Shown here: positions 9,884 through 18,943 of the stretch, in pieces
Layout: each line of letters starts with the position of its first letter
Numbering within the stretch: position 1 is the first letter of the stretch
Assembly: GCA_949299165.1 (NCBI GenBank)
Contig: CASFZJ010000004.1
Coordinates: 31,965 to 95,964 of the forward strand
Source of the DNA: an uncultured bacterium
Lineage (GTDB): Bacteria > Bacillota_I > Bacilli_A > RFN20 > CAG-826
Length of the DNA stretch: 64,000 nt
Direction: 5' to 3'
Position numbers and translations under genes: made by a program
Notes under the pieces: generated by a model
Databases searched by the model: none
The model's input: the letters and a program-made list of their open reading frames with translations, nothing else
What the model was told of the DNA's origin: nothing

Positions 9884-10915
9884 ATGCAAAACTCAACTAT
9901 TTTTGATATTTATTTCTACGACAATATAAAAGATGACCTTAAGAATTTCGAGTCTAGTACTTTAAGAAAAAATCTTAAGGCATCTTTAGAATTGAACAAT
10001 GTTAGATATTTAACTAACCCAATAGATGAGAATATCGAAGTTGTTGCTTATCTCAACTATAATGATTTAAATAGGTTTAATTATTTCAAAGGCAAAGACT
10101 TTAAAAAAATAACTTTTGCCTTCTTTTCTGAGTTTGAGTCTGATTTTAAAATTTTAAACTTAAAAAACGAAAAAGGAATTATTGGGTATCAAATTAAAGA
10201 AAACGTAATTAAAAATTTAAACCAATTTGATTTAGTTTTTGTGCCATCGCTTGATGGGAAAAAGCTCTTAATTGAAAATGGTGTTTCTACAAATATAGAA
10301 GTTTCGCTTCCGCCAATTAAGAGAACAAAATTCGAACTTAAAGATAAAGAAACCAAAAAACTTGTATATATTTATTTTCATTTAGAAGAAAACTCGAAAT
10401 ATGTTTATACAGTTTTAGATTCTAAAGATGAAGCGGCAGCAAAACGAATTTTGGAATTTGCGAGGATTTTTTCAAATACAAAAATTATCGTTTTAATACC
10501 AAATTTTCATAGTAAAGAAGCCAAAGCGGTAAATAAGTATTTCAAAAGACTCGCTTCGAATGTTTATGCGTGCCCAATAATCGGAGAAGATATTTACTCT
10601 TCTTTAGTTTATAACGCATTCGCTTATATCAATTTGAATTCGAATTATTCGGCAACAATTGAAACACTTGAAGCTTTCACTTGCGGAGTTGATGTTTTTG
10701 CTCTTAAATCAGCCGTTCTTAATGATATATTAATTGATAAAGAAAACGGCTATGTCTATAATGAGTTCGACCAATTAATCGCTGGTTTTAATGACTTTTT
10801 AGTAGGAAAATTACCTTCTTTAAAAGAAAAAGAGATTGAATTTATTAGAAAAAACGACATTAAAAAAGTTGGCTCTAGATTTATTGATGTTTATAAAAGA
10901 TATTTTGGAGAATAG
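9884..10915 (+). CDS. putative GT-B (family 4-like) glycosyltransferase
   Basis: 343 aa. The C-terminal half resembles the GT4 signature (...LEAFTCGVDVFALKSAVLNDILIDKENGYVY...). The N-terminal half is divergent. Confidence 0.4.
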   Translation: MQNSTIFDIYFYDNIKDDLKNFESSTLRKNLKASLELNNVRYLTNPIDENIEVVAYLNYNDLNRFNYFKGKDFKKITFAFFSEFESDFKILNLKNEKGIIGYQIKENVIKNLNQFDLVFVPSLDGKKLLIENGVSTNIEVSLPPIKRTKFELKDKETKKLVYIYFHLEENSKYVYTVLDSKDEAAAKRILEFARIFSNTKIIVLIPNFHSKEAKAVNKYFKRLASNVYACPIIGEDIYSSLVYNAFAYINLNSNYSATIETLEAFTCGVDVFALKSAVLNDILIDKENGYVYNEFDQLIAGFNDFLVGKLPSLKEKEIEFIRKNDIKKVGSRFIDVYKRYFGE

Positions 10916-10918
10916 ATT

Positions 10919-12199
10919 ATGTTAGATATTAATTACGTTATTGAAAACAAAGAACATGTTAAAGAATTATTAAAGAGAAAGCTTTATGAAGCTGATATTG
11001 ATTCTTTGGTTGCGAATGTTGAAGAAAAAAGAAAACTTCAAAAGAAAACTGAAGATAATAAAGCGGAACAAAACAAACTTTCTAAATCAGTTCCTCAAGT
11101 CAAAAAGGAAGGTGGAGATGTAAACGCAATTTTTGCTAAAGTTAAACAACTTGCAGCCGAAAACAAAGTTAACGAAGAAAAACTTAAAGAACTTGAAGGA
11201 AAAATTAATGAAGTTTTAGTTGCTCTTCCAAATTTACCTGATGAAGATTTATTAGAAGGTGGAAAAGAAAACAACAAACCTATCTATTATTATAAAGATA
11301 AACCAGAATTTGGCTTTAAGATCAAATCACACGTTGAACTTGCTGAATCATTAGGTTTAATCGATTATGAAAGAGCAGCAAAAGTTAGTGGACATGGAAC
11401 TTGGTTCTATACTAATCTTGGCGCAAGACTTGAATGGGCGTTATTAAATTTCTTTATTAATGAACATATTAATGATGGATTTGAATTCATGATGCCGCCA
11501 CACATCTTAAATTACGAAAGTGGTTTTACAGCAGGTCAATTCCCAAAATTTGAAGGCGATGTTTTTGAATTAAAAGGAATGGATCCAGCAAAATTCTTAT
11601 TGCCAACAGCTGAAACAGCCCTTGTTAATTACTACAGAAATGAAATTTTAGATGGTAAAGAATTACCAAAGAAATTCTTTGCATATTCTCCATGTTATAG
11701 AAAAGAAGCTGGATCATATCGTACTGAAGAAAGAGGCATGATTAGAGGCTACCAATTCAATAAAGTAGAAATGTTTGAATACACTAAAGAAGATGAAAGC
11801 GATAAAGCTTTTGAAGAATTACTAAATAAAGCTAAAACTTTAGTCGAAAAATTAGGTTTACACTTTAGAGTTTCAAAACTTGCAGCAGCTGATTGTTCTC
11901 ATTCAATGGCAAGAACTTATGATATTGAAGTTTATTTACCATCAATTGGAATTTATAAAGAAGTCTCGTCCGTTTCTAACGCAAGAAGTTATCAAGCTAG
12001 AAGAGGCATGATGAGATATAGAGGTGAAGATGGAAAACTACACTATATGCACACATTAAATGGTAGTGGACTTGCAACTTCAAGAGTTTTCCCTGCAATC
12101 CTTGAACAATATCAACAAGAAGATGGAAGTGTTATTGTTCCAGAAGTATTAAGACCTTATATGGGTGGAATCGAAGTAATTAAACCTATTAAAAAATAA
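10919..12199 (+). CDS. serS: seryl-tRNA synthetase
   Basis: 426 aa. N-terminal coiled-coil arm, class II motifs (...FAYSPCYRKEAGS..., ...GSGLATSRV...). Confidence 0.95.
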   Translation: MLDINYVIENKEHVKELLKRKLYEADIDSLVANVEEKRKLQKKTEDNKAEQNKLSKSVPQVKKEGGDVNAIFAKVKQLAAENKVNEEKLKELEGKINEVLVALPNLPDEDLLEGGKENNKPIYYYKDKPEFGFKIKSHVELAESLGLIDYERAAKVSGHGTWFYTNLGARLEWALLNFFINEHINDGFEFMMPPHILNYESGFTAGQFPKFEGDVFELKGMDPAKFLLPTAETALVNYYRNEILDGKELPKKFFAYSPCYRKEAGSYRTEERGMIRGYQFNKVEMFEYTKEDESDKAFEELLNKAKTLVEKLGLHFRVSKLAAADCSHSMARTYDIEVYLPSIGIYKEVSSVSNARSYQARRGMMRYRGEDGKLHYMHTLNGSGLATSRVFPAILEQYQQEDGSVIVPEVLRPYMGGIEVIKPIKK

Positions 12200-12221
12200 A
12201 AATTTCTATTATAATTATTAA

Positions 12222-12300
12222 GCCGTTACGAGCAACTTCTTCGAACCAGGTCAGGACAGAAATGTAGCAGCCTTAAGATTATTGTTGTCTGTGTAACGGT
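12222..12300 (+). ncRNA. ffs: small SRP RNA (4.5S/scRNA type)
   Basis: Closing helix GCCGTTAC (12222) pairs with GTAACGGT (12300). The conserved domain IV core AGGTCAGGACAGAAATGTAGCAGCC resembles the GGUCAGG...GAA...AGCAGCC consensus. Followed by a T-rich tract. The Firmicutes-typical neighbourhood of serS and tadA supports the call. Confidence 0.75.
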
Positions 12301-12340
12301 TTTTCTTTTGAAAAATAATATTAATTTGTAAAATTTATAT

Positions 12341-12793
12341 ATGTTTTTAGATGAAAAATTCATGAATATCGCGATAAAAGAAGCAAAAATCGCTTATGAA
12401 AAAAACGAGATACCAGTAGGAGCAGTTTTAATTGATAATTTTTCACATAAAATAATTGTTAAAGCACATAATGATAAAGAAAAAAAGAACGATATAACAG
12501 GCCACGCAGAAATTAACGCAATTAGAAAAGCTGAGAAGAAACTAAAAAATCGGCGACTAGAAAATACAACTTTATATGTAACGCTTGAACCTTGTCCAAT
12601 GTGCATGAGCGCTATTTTACAATCCAGAATTTCTAGAGTTGTATTTATGGTTAATGATGAAGAGTTTGGAGCAGCACATAGCAAAATTGACTTAACAAAA
12701 ATATATAAAACAAATACAACAGTTTTTAAAATTGAAGAAAACCCAGAATATATTAAAATTTTCCAGGATTTTTTTAAAAAACACAGGAAATAA
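12341..12793 (+). CDS. tadA: tRNA-specific adenosine deaminase
   Basis: 150 aa. CDA-fold zinc motifs GHAEINAI and TLEPCPMCMSAI. Confidence 0.9.
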   Translation: MFLDEKFMNIAIKEAKIAYEKNEIPVGAVLIDNFSHKIIVKAHNDKEKKNDITGHAEINAIRKAEKKLKNRRLENTTLYVTLEPCPMCMSAILQSRISRVVFMVNDEEFGAAHSKIDLTKIYKTNTTVFKIEENPEYIKIFQDFFKKHRK

Positions 12794-12930
12794 CATCAAT
12801 TTTTCTAAGAAAATTATCGAAAATATTGTCTTTTTTAAATATTCTCTAGAAATAATTAAAAAAATAGAACAATTTATTAATTTTTCTAGAAAAACCACGC
12901 AGAATCTATACAAAAATTAAGAAAAATAAA
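12757..12930 (+). repeat. dispersed ~40-bp repeat family, locus 1 (4 tandem units; first unit lies inside the tadA 3' end)
   Basis: Cores TTCCAGGA 12761, TTCTAAGA 12803, TTCTCTAGA 12843 and TTCTAGA 12884, with a period of 40-42 bp. Each core is followed by A-tracts. The unit at 12826-12866 is about 80% identical to 49705-49745. Confidence 0.7.
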
Positions 12931-12932
12931 TA

Positions 12933-12960
12933 TTTACAATGTAAAAAACCGCTTTATAAT
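12933..12960 (+). promoter_or_regulatory. candidate sigma-A promoter of the fused ABC transporter gene
   Basis: TTTACA (12933-12938), 16-nt spacer, TATAAT (12955-12960), 50 nt upstream of the ATG. Confidence 0.45.
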
Positions 12961-13009
12961 ATATAAAATTTGTATTAAAATTTTTATTGGTTTAAGCAAG
13001 AGGCGCAGG

Positions 13010-15850
13010 ATGTTAGAACTTAAGAATATTGTTAAAGATTATTATGTTGATAAACAACCATTTAGAGCATTAAAGGAGATTAATCTATATTTCCCTAAAC
13101 AACAATTTTGCTCTATTTTAGGTCCATCTGGTTGTGGTAAAACAACAACTTTAAACATTATCGGCGGACTTGATCATTATACGAGTGGTGATTTATTAAT
13201 TGAAGGTCAATCTACTAAAGAATATAACGATAAAGCTTGGGATAACTATAGAAACAAAAGAATTGGCTTTGTTTTTCAATCATATAATTTAATTCCACAA
13301 CTTAGTATTTTGGAAAACGTCGCTATGTCTTTAACATTAAATGGCGTTTCGAGAAAAGAAAAACTTGAAAGAGCTAAAGTAGCTTTAACAAAAGTTGGGT
13401 TAGATGGAATGTTTAACAAGAAACCAAACCAACTTTCTGGTGGTCAAATGCAAAGAGTTGCCATTGCAAGAGCGATTATTAACGATCCTGAAATTATTTT
13501 AGCTGATGAACCTACTGGCGCTTTAGATTCAACAACATCCATCCAAGTAATGGATATTTTGAAAGAAATATCTAAAGATAGATTAATCATCATGGTTACA
13601 CATAACCAAGATTTAGCTTATCAATATTCAGACAGAATCATCAAATTTAAAGATGGACAAGTTGAAAGCGATTCATGTTCCGCAGAAGAAATCAAAAAAT
13701 TGAAAGAAGCAGAAGATGGAGCATACGCTAAAGAGCGCGATCAAAACATTAAAGAGCTCGCCATTATTAACGAAAAAGATAAAAAGAAAAAAGTTAAAAA
13801 ACGTAAAGAAAAGTTGAGTTCTATGAGTTTTTTAACTGCTTTAAACCTTTCTTTTAAAAATTTATTAACTAAAAAAGGTAGAACTATAATGACCAGTGTC
13901 GCTGGTTCTTTTGGTATTATTGGTGTTGCTTTAGTTCTTGCTGTCAACAACGGCTTTGGGCTTTGGATTGAACAAATGGAAGCTGAAACTGCTTCACAAA
14001 TGCCTCTTACAATATCTTCTTATAGTATAAGTTATGAAATTAATGAAGATTATGATCAGAATCCAGAATACTCCGATGAACAATTTGTTTATCCTTATAT
14101 GAGTAATATTGGAACTCAAACAATAACTTATAACAATATTACCCCAAGATATATTGATTATCTTTCTTATTTAAGAGATGAAACCGATTTAATGAATGAC
14201 TACGTCATTAATTATGGTGATGAATATGCGTTTAATTTAACAACTGCTGACCCCGTCACAAACGAAGCTTATATTGTTCAAAACGGAACGTTTAATTCTG
14301 TAAGTAATATGCTTTACTCGGTTACCGGACTTCCAACAAATTATTTCCATGTTTTATTTGGCCAAGAAGAATATATTACTGAATCATATGATGTAATTGC
14401 AGGAGAATATCCTGATGCAAATGATATGACTCAACTCGCTTTAATTGTTGACGCAAGAAATCAAATTCCTTTAGAAGTTTTAAAAGAACTTGGTTTCTAT
14501 CAAAAAGATGACAACTTCGATGAAGAAGATGCGCAAAATAACCCAATCTCATTTGACGATATCTTAAATAAAACATATAAAGTTTATACAAACGATGATT
14601 TTTATACCGAAAACACAAGAACGGATGAAACAAGTAACGAAGAAATTACTTATTACGAACAAAACGATTTACAAACTTTATATGAAGATGACAGTAAAGG
14701 AATTGAACTTAAAATAAGTGGTATTTTAAGGCCAAAACAAGGCACGAATTTTGCTTCAATGGCGGCAGGACTTGCTTATCAAAATTCACTCCAAGATTAC
14801 CTGGTTGAAGAAAATCAAAAAACAAATATTTACACAAATATAAAGAATAATATTGCATGGAAAGATGGTGCTAGTGTCTCTGATTTTATTACAGATCTAA
14901 CTAATTTAATGAATTCTGACAGTGAAGGTATGTCTAATACTAGTACTAGTGGAACTCAAATTATAAACGATTTGTTCAATAAATATTTTGATTTTTATTC
15001 GATTTTTACAGGGTTATCGGTTGATTCGGAGGGAAATCCATACACAATTGAAGATTATTTAGGTTGGGCAAATATAATTGGCGCCGATTTAGTTGATTCA
15101 GAGATGAAAGCTAATGGAATATCTTTGATTCAAAAATATATAGAACAAATTATTTTGCACCTAACTGCCGGAACTATAAATCCAGAACAATATAAAGAAG
15201 CCTACCCTTACGTAATTTCTTTACTTGCTTACATTAATTCTTATTCAAACATTCAAAGTTTGATTATTTTCCCTTCAAGTTTATCCAATAAAAACATCCT
15301 CATGGAAAGACTTGATGAACGGAATGAAATTGATACAACTGGTAAAGATCCATATAAGGCACAAAATGCAGGCGAACAAGTCCATTACACCGATATGGTT
15401 GGAACACTTACCGGCTCTTTAAATCAATTAATTGATATTCTGTCGATAGTTCTCATAGTTTTTGCTTCTATTTCATTGGTTGTTAGCTGTGTTATGACTG
15501 GCATCATTACTTATGTTAGTGTTATCGAAAGAACGAAAGAAATTGGTATTTTAAGAGCGTTAGGCGCAAGAAAGAAAGATGTCGGAAGATTATTTGAAGC
15601 TGAATGTGTTGTTATTGGTGTAATTAGTGGAGCGTTTGGTTGTTTTATTGCTTATATTGTTTGTTTTCCAATTAACGCAATCCTAAATGCAATTTATCCA
15701 GATTATGGAATTGGAAATATCGCTGCTTTATCAGGTAGCTCTGTTATAATATTAATTGCAGTATCAGTATTATTAACATTTGTTAGTAGTTTATTCCCTG
15801 CTCGAGCAGCAGCAAGAAAAGATCCGGTTACAGCATTAAGGAGTGAATAG
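13010..15850 (+). CDS. fused ABC transporter ATPase plus MacB/FtsX-type permease with very large extracytoplasmic domain
   Basis: 946 aa. N-terminal Walker A GPSGCGKTT, signature LSGGQMQRVAIARA and Walker B ILADEPTGALD. One TM at about aa 290-315, then about 480 aa of hydrophilic sequence. C-terminal FtsX module (...ERTKEIGILRALGARKKDV... plus 3 TM). Confidence 0.85.
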   Translation: MLELKNIVKDYYVDKQPFRALKEINLYFPKQQFCSILGPSGCGKTTTLNIIGGLDHYTSGDLLIEGQSTKEYNDKAWDNYRNKRIGFVFQSYNLIPQLSILENVAMSLTLNGVSRKEKLERAKVALTKVGLDGMFNKKPNQLSGGQMQRVAIARAIINDPEIILADEPTGALDSTTSIQVMDILKEISKDRLIIMVTHNQDLAYQYSDRIIKFKDGQVESDSCSAEEIKKLKEAEDGAYAKERDQNIKELAIINEKDKKKKVKKRKEKLSSMSFLTALNLSFKNLLTKKGRTIMTSVAGSFGIIGVALVLAVNNGFGLWIEQMEAETASQMPLTISSYSISYEINEDYDQNPEYSDEQFVYPYMSNIGTQTITYNNITPRYIDYLSYLRDETDLMNDYVINYGDEYAFNLTTADPVTNEAYIVQNGTFNSVSNMLYSVTGLPTNYFHVLFGQEEYITESYDVIAGEYPDANDMTQLALIVDARNQIPLEVLKELGFYQKDDNFDEEDAQNNPISFDDILNKTYKVYTNDDFYTENTRTDETSNEEITYYEQNDLQTLYEDDSKGIELKISGILRPKQGTNFASMAAGLAYQNSLQDYLVEENQKTNIYTNIKNNIAWKDGASVSDFITDLTNLMNSDSEGMSNTSTSGTQIINDLFNKYFDFYSIFTGLSVDSEGNPYTIEDYLGWANIIGADLVDSEMKANGISLIQKYIEQIILHLTAGTINPEQYKEAYPYVISLLAYINSYSNIQSLIIFPSSLSNKNILMERLDERNEIDTTGKDPYKAQNAGEQVHYTDMVGTLTGSLNQLIDILSIVLIVFASISLVVSCVMTGIITYVSVIERTKEIGILRALGARKKDVGRLFEAECVVIGVISGAFGCFIAYIVCFPINAILNAIYPDYGIGNIAALSGSSVIILIAVSVLLTFVSSLFPARAAARKDPVTALRSE

Positions 15851-15851
15851 T

Positions 15852-18317
15852 ATGTATAGTGAAGGGGAGCACAATATTTTACCTCATTATTTTAAAACAG
15901 GACTTTCTTCGACAGAAGTTCAAAAATTAACTGAAGAAGGAAGAATAAACAAAATTAAAAGCAAAAAATCCAGCAGTATTTTAGGGATAATTTTTAAGAA
16001 TTTATTCACTTTCTTTAATTTATTGCTTTTTTCTATCGCAATTATTTTGGCTATTTTTCAACAATGGTCAAACATGGTTTTCATGGTTGTTGTCCTTGCA
16101 AACTTAATTTTAGGACTTATTCAAGACTTTAGAGCAAAAAGAGTAGTTGATAAATTATCAATTATAAATAAAGGAAAATATATCGTTTTAAGAGATGGAA
16201 AAGAGTGTCAACTTTACGATGAAGAACTCGTTTACGGAGACATTGTTATTTTAAGAGGAAGTGATGTTATTCCTTGTGACTCTAAAGTTTTAACTGGAAG
16301 TTGTTATGTTAATGAATCAATTTTAACTGGCGAAAGCGATAAAGTTAAAAAAGTCGCTGGAGATAATCTTTTAAGTGGAACTTATCTTACAAGTGGTGAA
16401 GTTTATATCGTTATAGAAAAAGTTGGTGAAGAAAATTACATTAATGAATTAAGTAAAAAATCAAAAGAGTTTAAAAGACCAAAATCAAAACTTTTTACTC
16501 AAATTAATAGTGTTTTCAAAATTTTAACCATTCTTGTTATTATTCTTGGCATTTTACAAATTTTAGTTGTTTCTTTTACAAATACTAGAATTGCTAGTGG
16601 CGAAAAAGTGACTTACGAATTAATTTCAAATGAGCTTATCGCTCCTATAAGTGGTGCTTTAATTTCAATGATACCTTCTGGGATGTATTTACTTTTTTCA
16701 ACCACACTTGTCGCTGGCGTTTTGGTTTTATCAATGAAAAAAGTTTTAGTGAACGACATGTATTCACTAGATATGCTTGCTAGAGCTGATGTGCTTTGCA
16801 TTGATAAAACAGGAACAATTACAACTGGAAATATGTATGTTGATAAGTTAAATGTTTATCCAAATTCACCATTTAATGAAAATGAGCTGCATTTAATTCT
16901 TTCGAATTTTAATAGAGCGGTAAACGATTTCAACACAACCGCCGTAGCGCTAAAATCTTACTTTGGTTCAGATAACAAATATAAAGAAAAAAGCATTATT
17001 CACTTTGACTCTTCTTATAAATATTCTGCTGCAACTTTTGAAGGAATAGGCACATTCGTTTTAGGCGCATATGGCTTCTTTAAGTGCGTAAACGACAACG
17101 ATGAATTAAAAGAAAAAGTGGAAAGAGCATCAAATAATGGAGACAGAATTTTAATGATAGCTCATTCAAAAGACCCTATTATTGATGAAAAAATCCCGCA
17201 AAACTTAAGTTTTATTGGAGTAATTGTCATTGAAGATGAAATAAAAAAAGATGCTGAAGAAATCTTGACTTGGTTTAGAAGAAATGATGTTAAGATTAAA
17301 ATTCTTAGCGGTGACAACGAACTTACAGTTAAAAATATTGCTTTAAAGGTTGGACTTGAAGGTGCCGAAAATAGTGTCTCTTTAAAAAATAAAGATGATA
17401 GTTTCATTGAACAAAATGTTGAAAATTATGATGTTTATGGAAGAGTTTCACCAGAACAAAAGAGAACAATTGTTGAAGCTTTACGAAAAAACGGTCATAC
17501 AGTTGCAATGTTTGGTGATGGTGTTAACGATATCTTAGCTTTTAAATCAGCGGACGTTTCTATTTCAGTTGCAAATGGTGCAACAGCAGCGAAACAACTT
17601 GCAAGTTTAATCTTAACCGATAATAACTTTGGAAGTTTACCTGATGTTGTTAGCCAAGGAAGAAGAGTTATTAATAACTTACAAAGAACTTGTTCGTTAT
17701 TTCTAGTAAAAACAACATTCTCAATGTTGTTAAATACTTTCTTCTTATTATATGGCGTGTTTACTAGTATCACATGGCCATTTGTTCCAGGATCATTTTA
17801 TGCTTGGGAATTATGTTCAATCGGTATAGCAAGCTTCTTATTAGCTCTCGAACCAAATTCAGAGAGAATAAAAGGGAATTTCTTGCAGAATATATTTACA
17901 AACGCGATACCTCCAGGAGTTGTATTGAGTGTTTCAGTGGCAGCGTTATATATGATTGTTCATTTTACAGGAAGCGATATGACAATTGGAATTACCGAAG
18001 ATGAATTAAGAACAATTTCAACTTGGTATATTTCTCTCGCAGCATTACTTGTTTTAATTGAAGTGTGTTTACCAATAAACTTCTATAGATTATTCGTTTT
18101 AGGAGTTGCGATTGTATTAATATTTATAATCTTTATTTGGTCAATATTTGGCACGAACTGGTTAAAACTTGAAGGAGATTCACCAAGAATATTGAATACA
18201 AACGAATTTGTTGTATTAACGATTATGGTTGCGACAACGTTGTCGCTATTAATAATTATTTGGTTAGTTAAATATTTTATAAGAAACAAGAAAGTAGCAA
18301 AGAGGGTTAGAAATTAA
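15852..18317 (+). CDS. cation-translocating P-type ATPase (P2-like, HAD-IC family), substrate unknown
   Basis: Motifs TGES, CIDKTGTITTG, GDGVNDILAFKSADV and multiple TM segments. Start moved to ATG 15852 (AAGGAG 8 nt upstream) from the GTG at 15843 in the ORF track. Confidence 0.9.
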   Translation: MYSEGEHNILPHYFKTGLSSTEVQKLTEEGRINKIKSKKSSSILGIIFKNLFTFFNLLLFSIAIILAIFQQWSNMVFMVVVLANLILGLIQDFRAKRVVDKLSIINKGKYIVLRDGKECQLYDEELVYGDIVILRGSDVIPCDSKVLTGSCYVNESILTGESDKVKKVAGDNLLSGTYLTSGEVYIVIEKVGEENYINELSKKSKEFKRPKSKLFTQINSVFKILTILVIILGILQILVVSFTNTRIASGEKVTYELISNELIAPISGALISMIPSGMYLLFSTTLVAGVLVLSMKKVLVNDMYSLDMLARADVLCIDKTGTITTGNMYVDKLNVYPNSPFNENELHLILSNFNRAVNDFNTTAVALKSYFGSDNKYKEKSIIHFDSSYKYSAATFEGIGTFVLGAYGFFKCVNDNDELKEKVERASNNGDRILMIAHSKDPIIDEKIPQNLSFIGVIVIEDEIKKDAEEILTWFRRNDVKIKILSGDNELTVKNIALKVGLEGAENSVSLKNKDDSFIEQNVENYDVYGRVSPEQKRTIVEALRKNGHTVAMFGDGVNDILAFKSADVSISVANGATAAKQLASLILTDNNFGSLPDVVSQGRRVINNLQRTCSLFLVKTTFSMLLNTFFLLYGVFTSITWPFVPGSFYAWELCSIGIASFLLALEPNSERIKGNFLQNIFTNAIPPGVVLSVSVAALYMIVHFTGSDMTIGITEDELRTISTWYISLAALLVLIEVCLPINFYRLFVLGVAIVLIFIIFIWSIFGTNWLKLEGDSPRILNTNEFVVLTIMVATTLSLLIIIWLVKYFIRNKKVAKRVRN

Positions 18318-18853
18318 TGAAGAACGTTGAAAGTGAAATTAAGAAAACGTTTATTAACATATTAAATCAAAGAAACATCGATGAAATCGATGTTCAATTG
18401 TTGTCGGATCAATTAAAAATTACCAGACAAACGTTTTATTATCATTTTAAAAATATTTATGATGTAGTCTTTTCAATTATTATTGATAGACAAATCGAAC
18501 CAAGGGATGGCGAGAATTTAGATGAAATTTCTTCTCACATAATTAATTCTTTTTACGAAAACGAGGAATTATATAAAGAAATTTTGAATTCTAGTGCAAA
18601 TGACATTTTAAAAGAATCAACTTATTCTTATTTTAATAAAGCTTTAAATTATTATTTAAAAGATCATACAAACGTTTCTTTTGATGCCAGAAAAGACATT
18701 GCTTCATTTTTAAGTTATGGAGTTAGTAATCAATTAATAAATTGTTTTAAAAATAATGGTTATAATAAAGATGATGTAAAAATTAAGGTTAAGGCTTTTT
18801 TAAATGAAGAGAGCCTTAATTCAATAGTTGAAGGATACTTAAATAACATTTAA
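18317..18853 (+). CDS. TetR/AcrR-family transcriptional regulator
   Basis: 178 aa. N-terminal HTH ...LSDQLKITRQTFYYHFKNIYDV... Its start overlaps the ATPase stop by 1 nt. Confidence 0.75.
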   Translation: MKNVESEIKKTFINILNQRNIDEIDVQLLSDQLKITRQTFYYHFKNIYDVVFSIIIDRQIEPRDGENLDEISSHIINSFYENEELYKEILNSSANDILKESTYSYFNKALNYYLKDHTNVSFDARKDIASFLSYGVSNQLINCFKNNGYNKDDVKIKVKAFLNEESLNSIVEGYLNNI

Positions 18854-18943
18854 AATATAGCAATAGATTGAAAGTTATTTAAGTCTTAATCGTTTAACTT
18901 CTTAATTATCACACGTTAGCTGGATAGGCTAAGGAGGAAAAAC

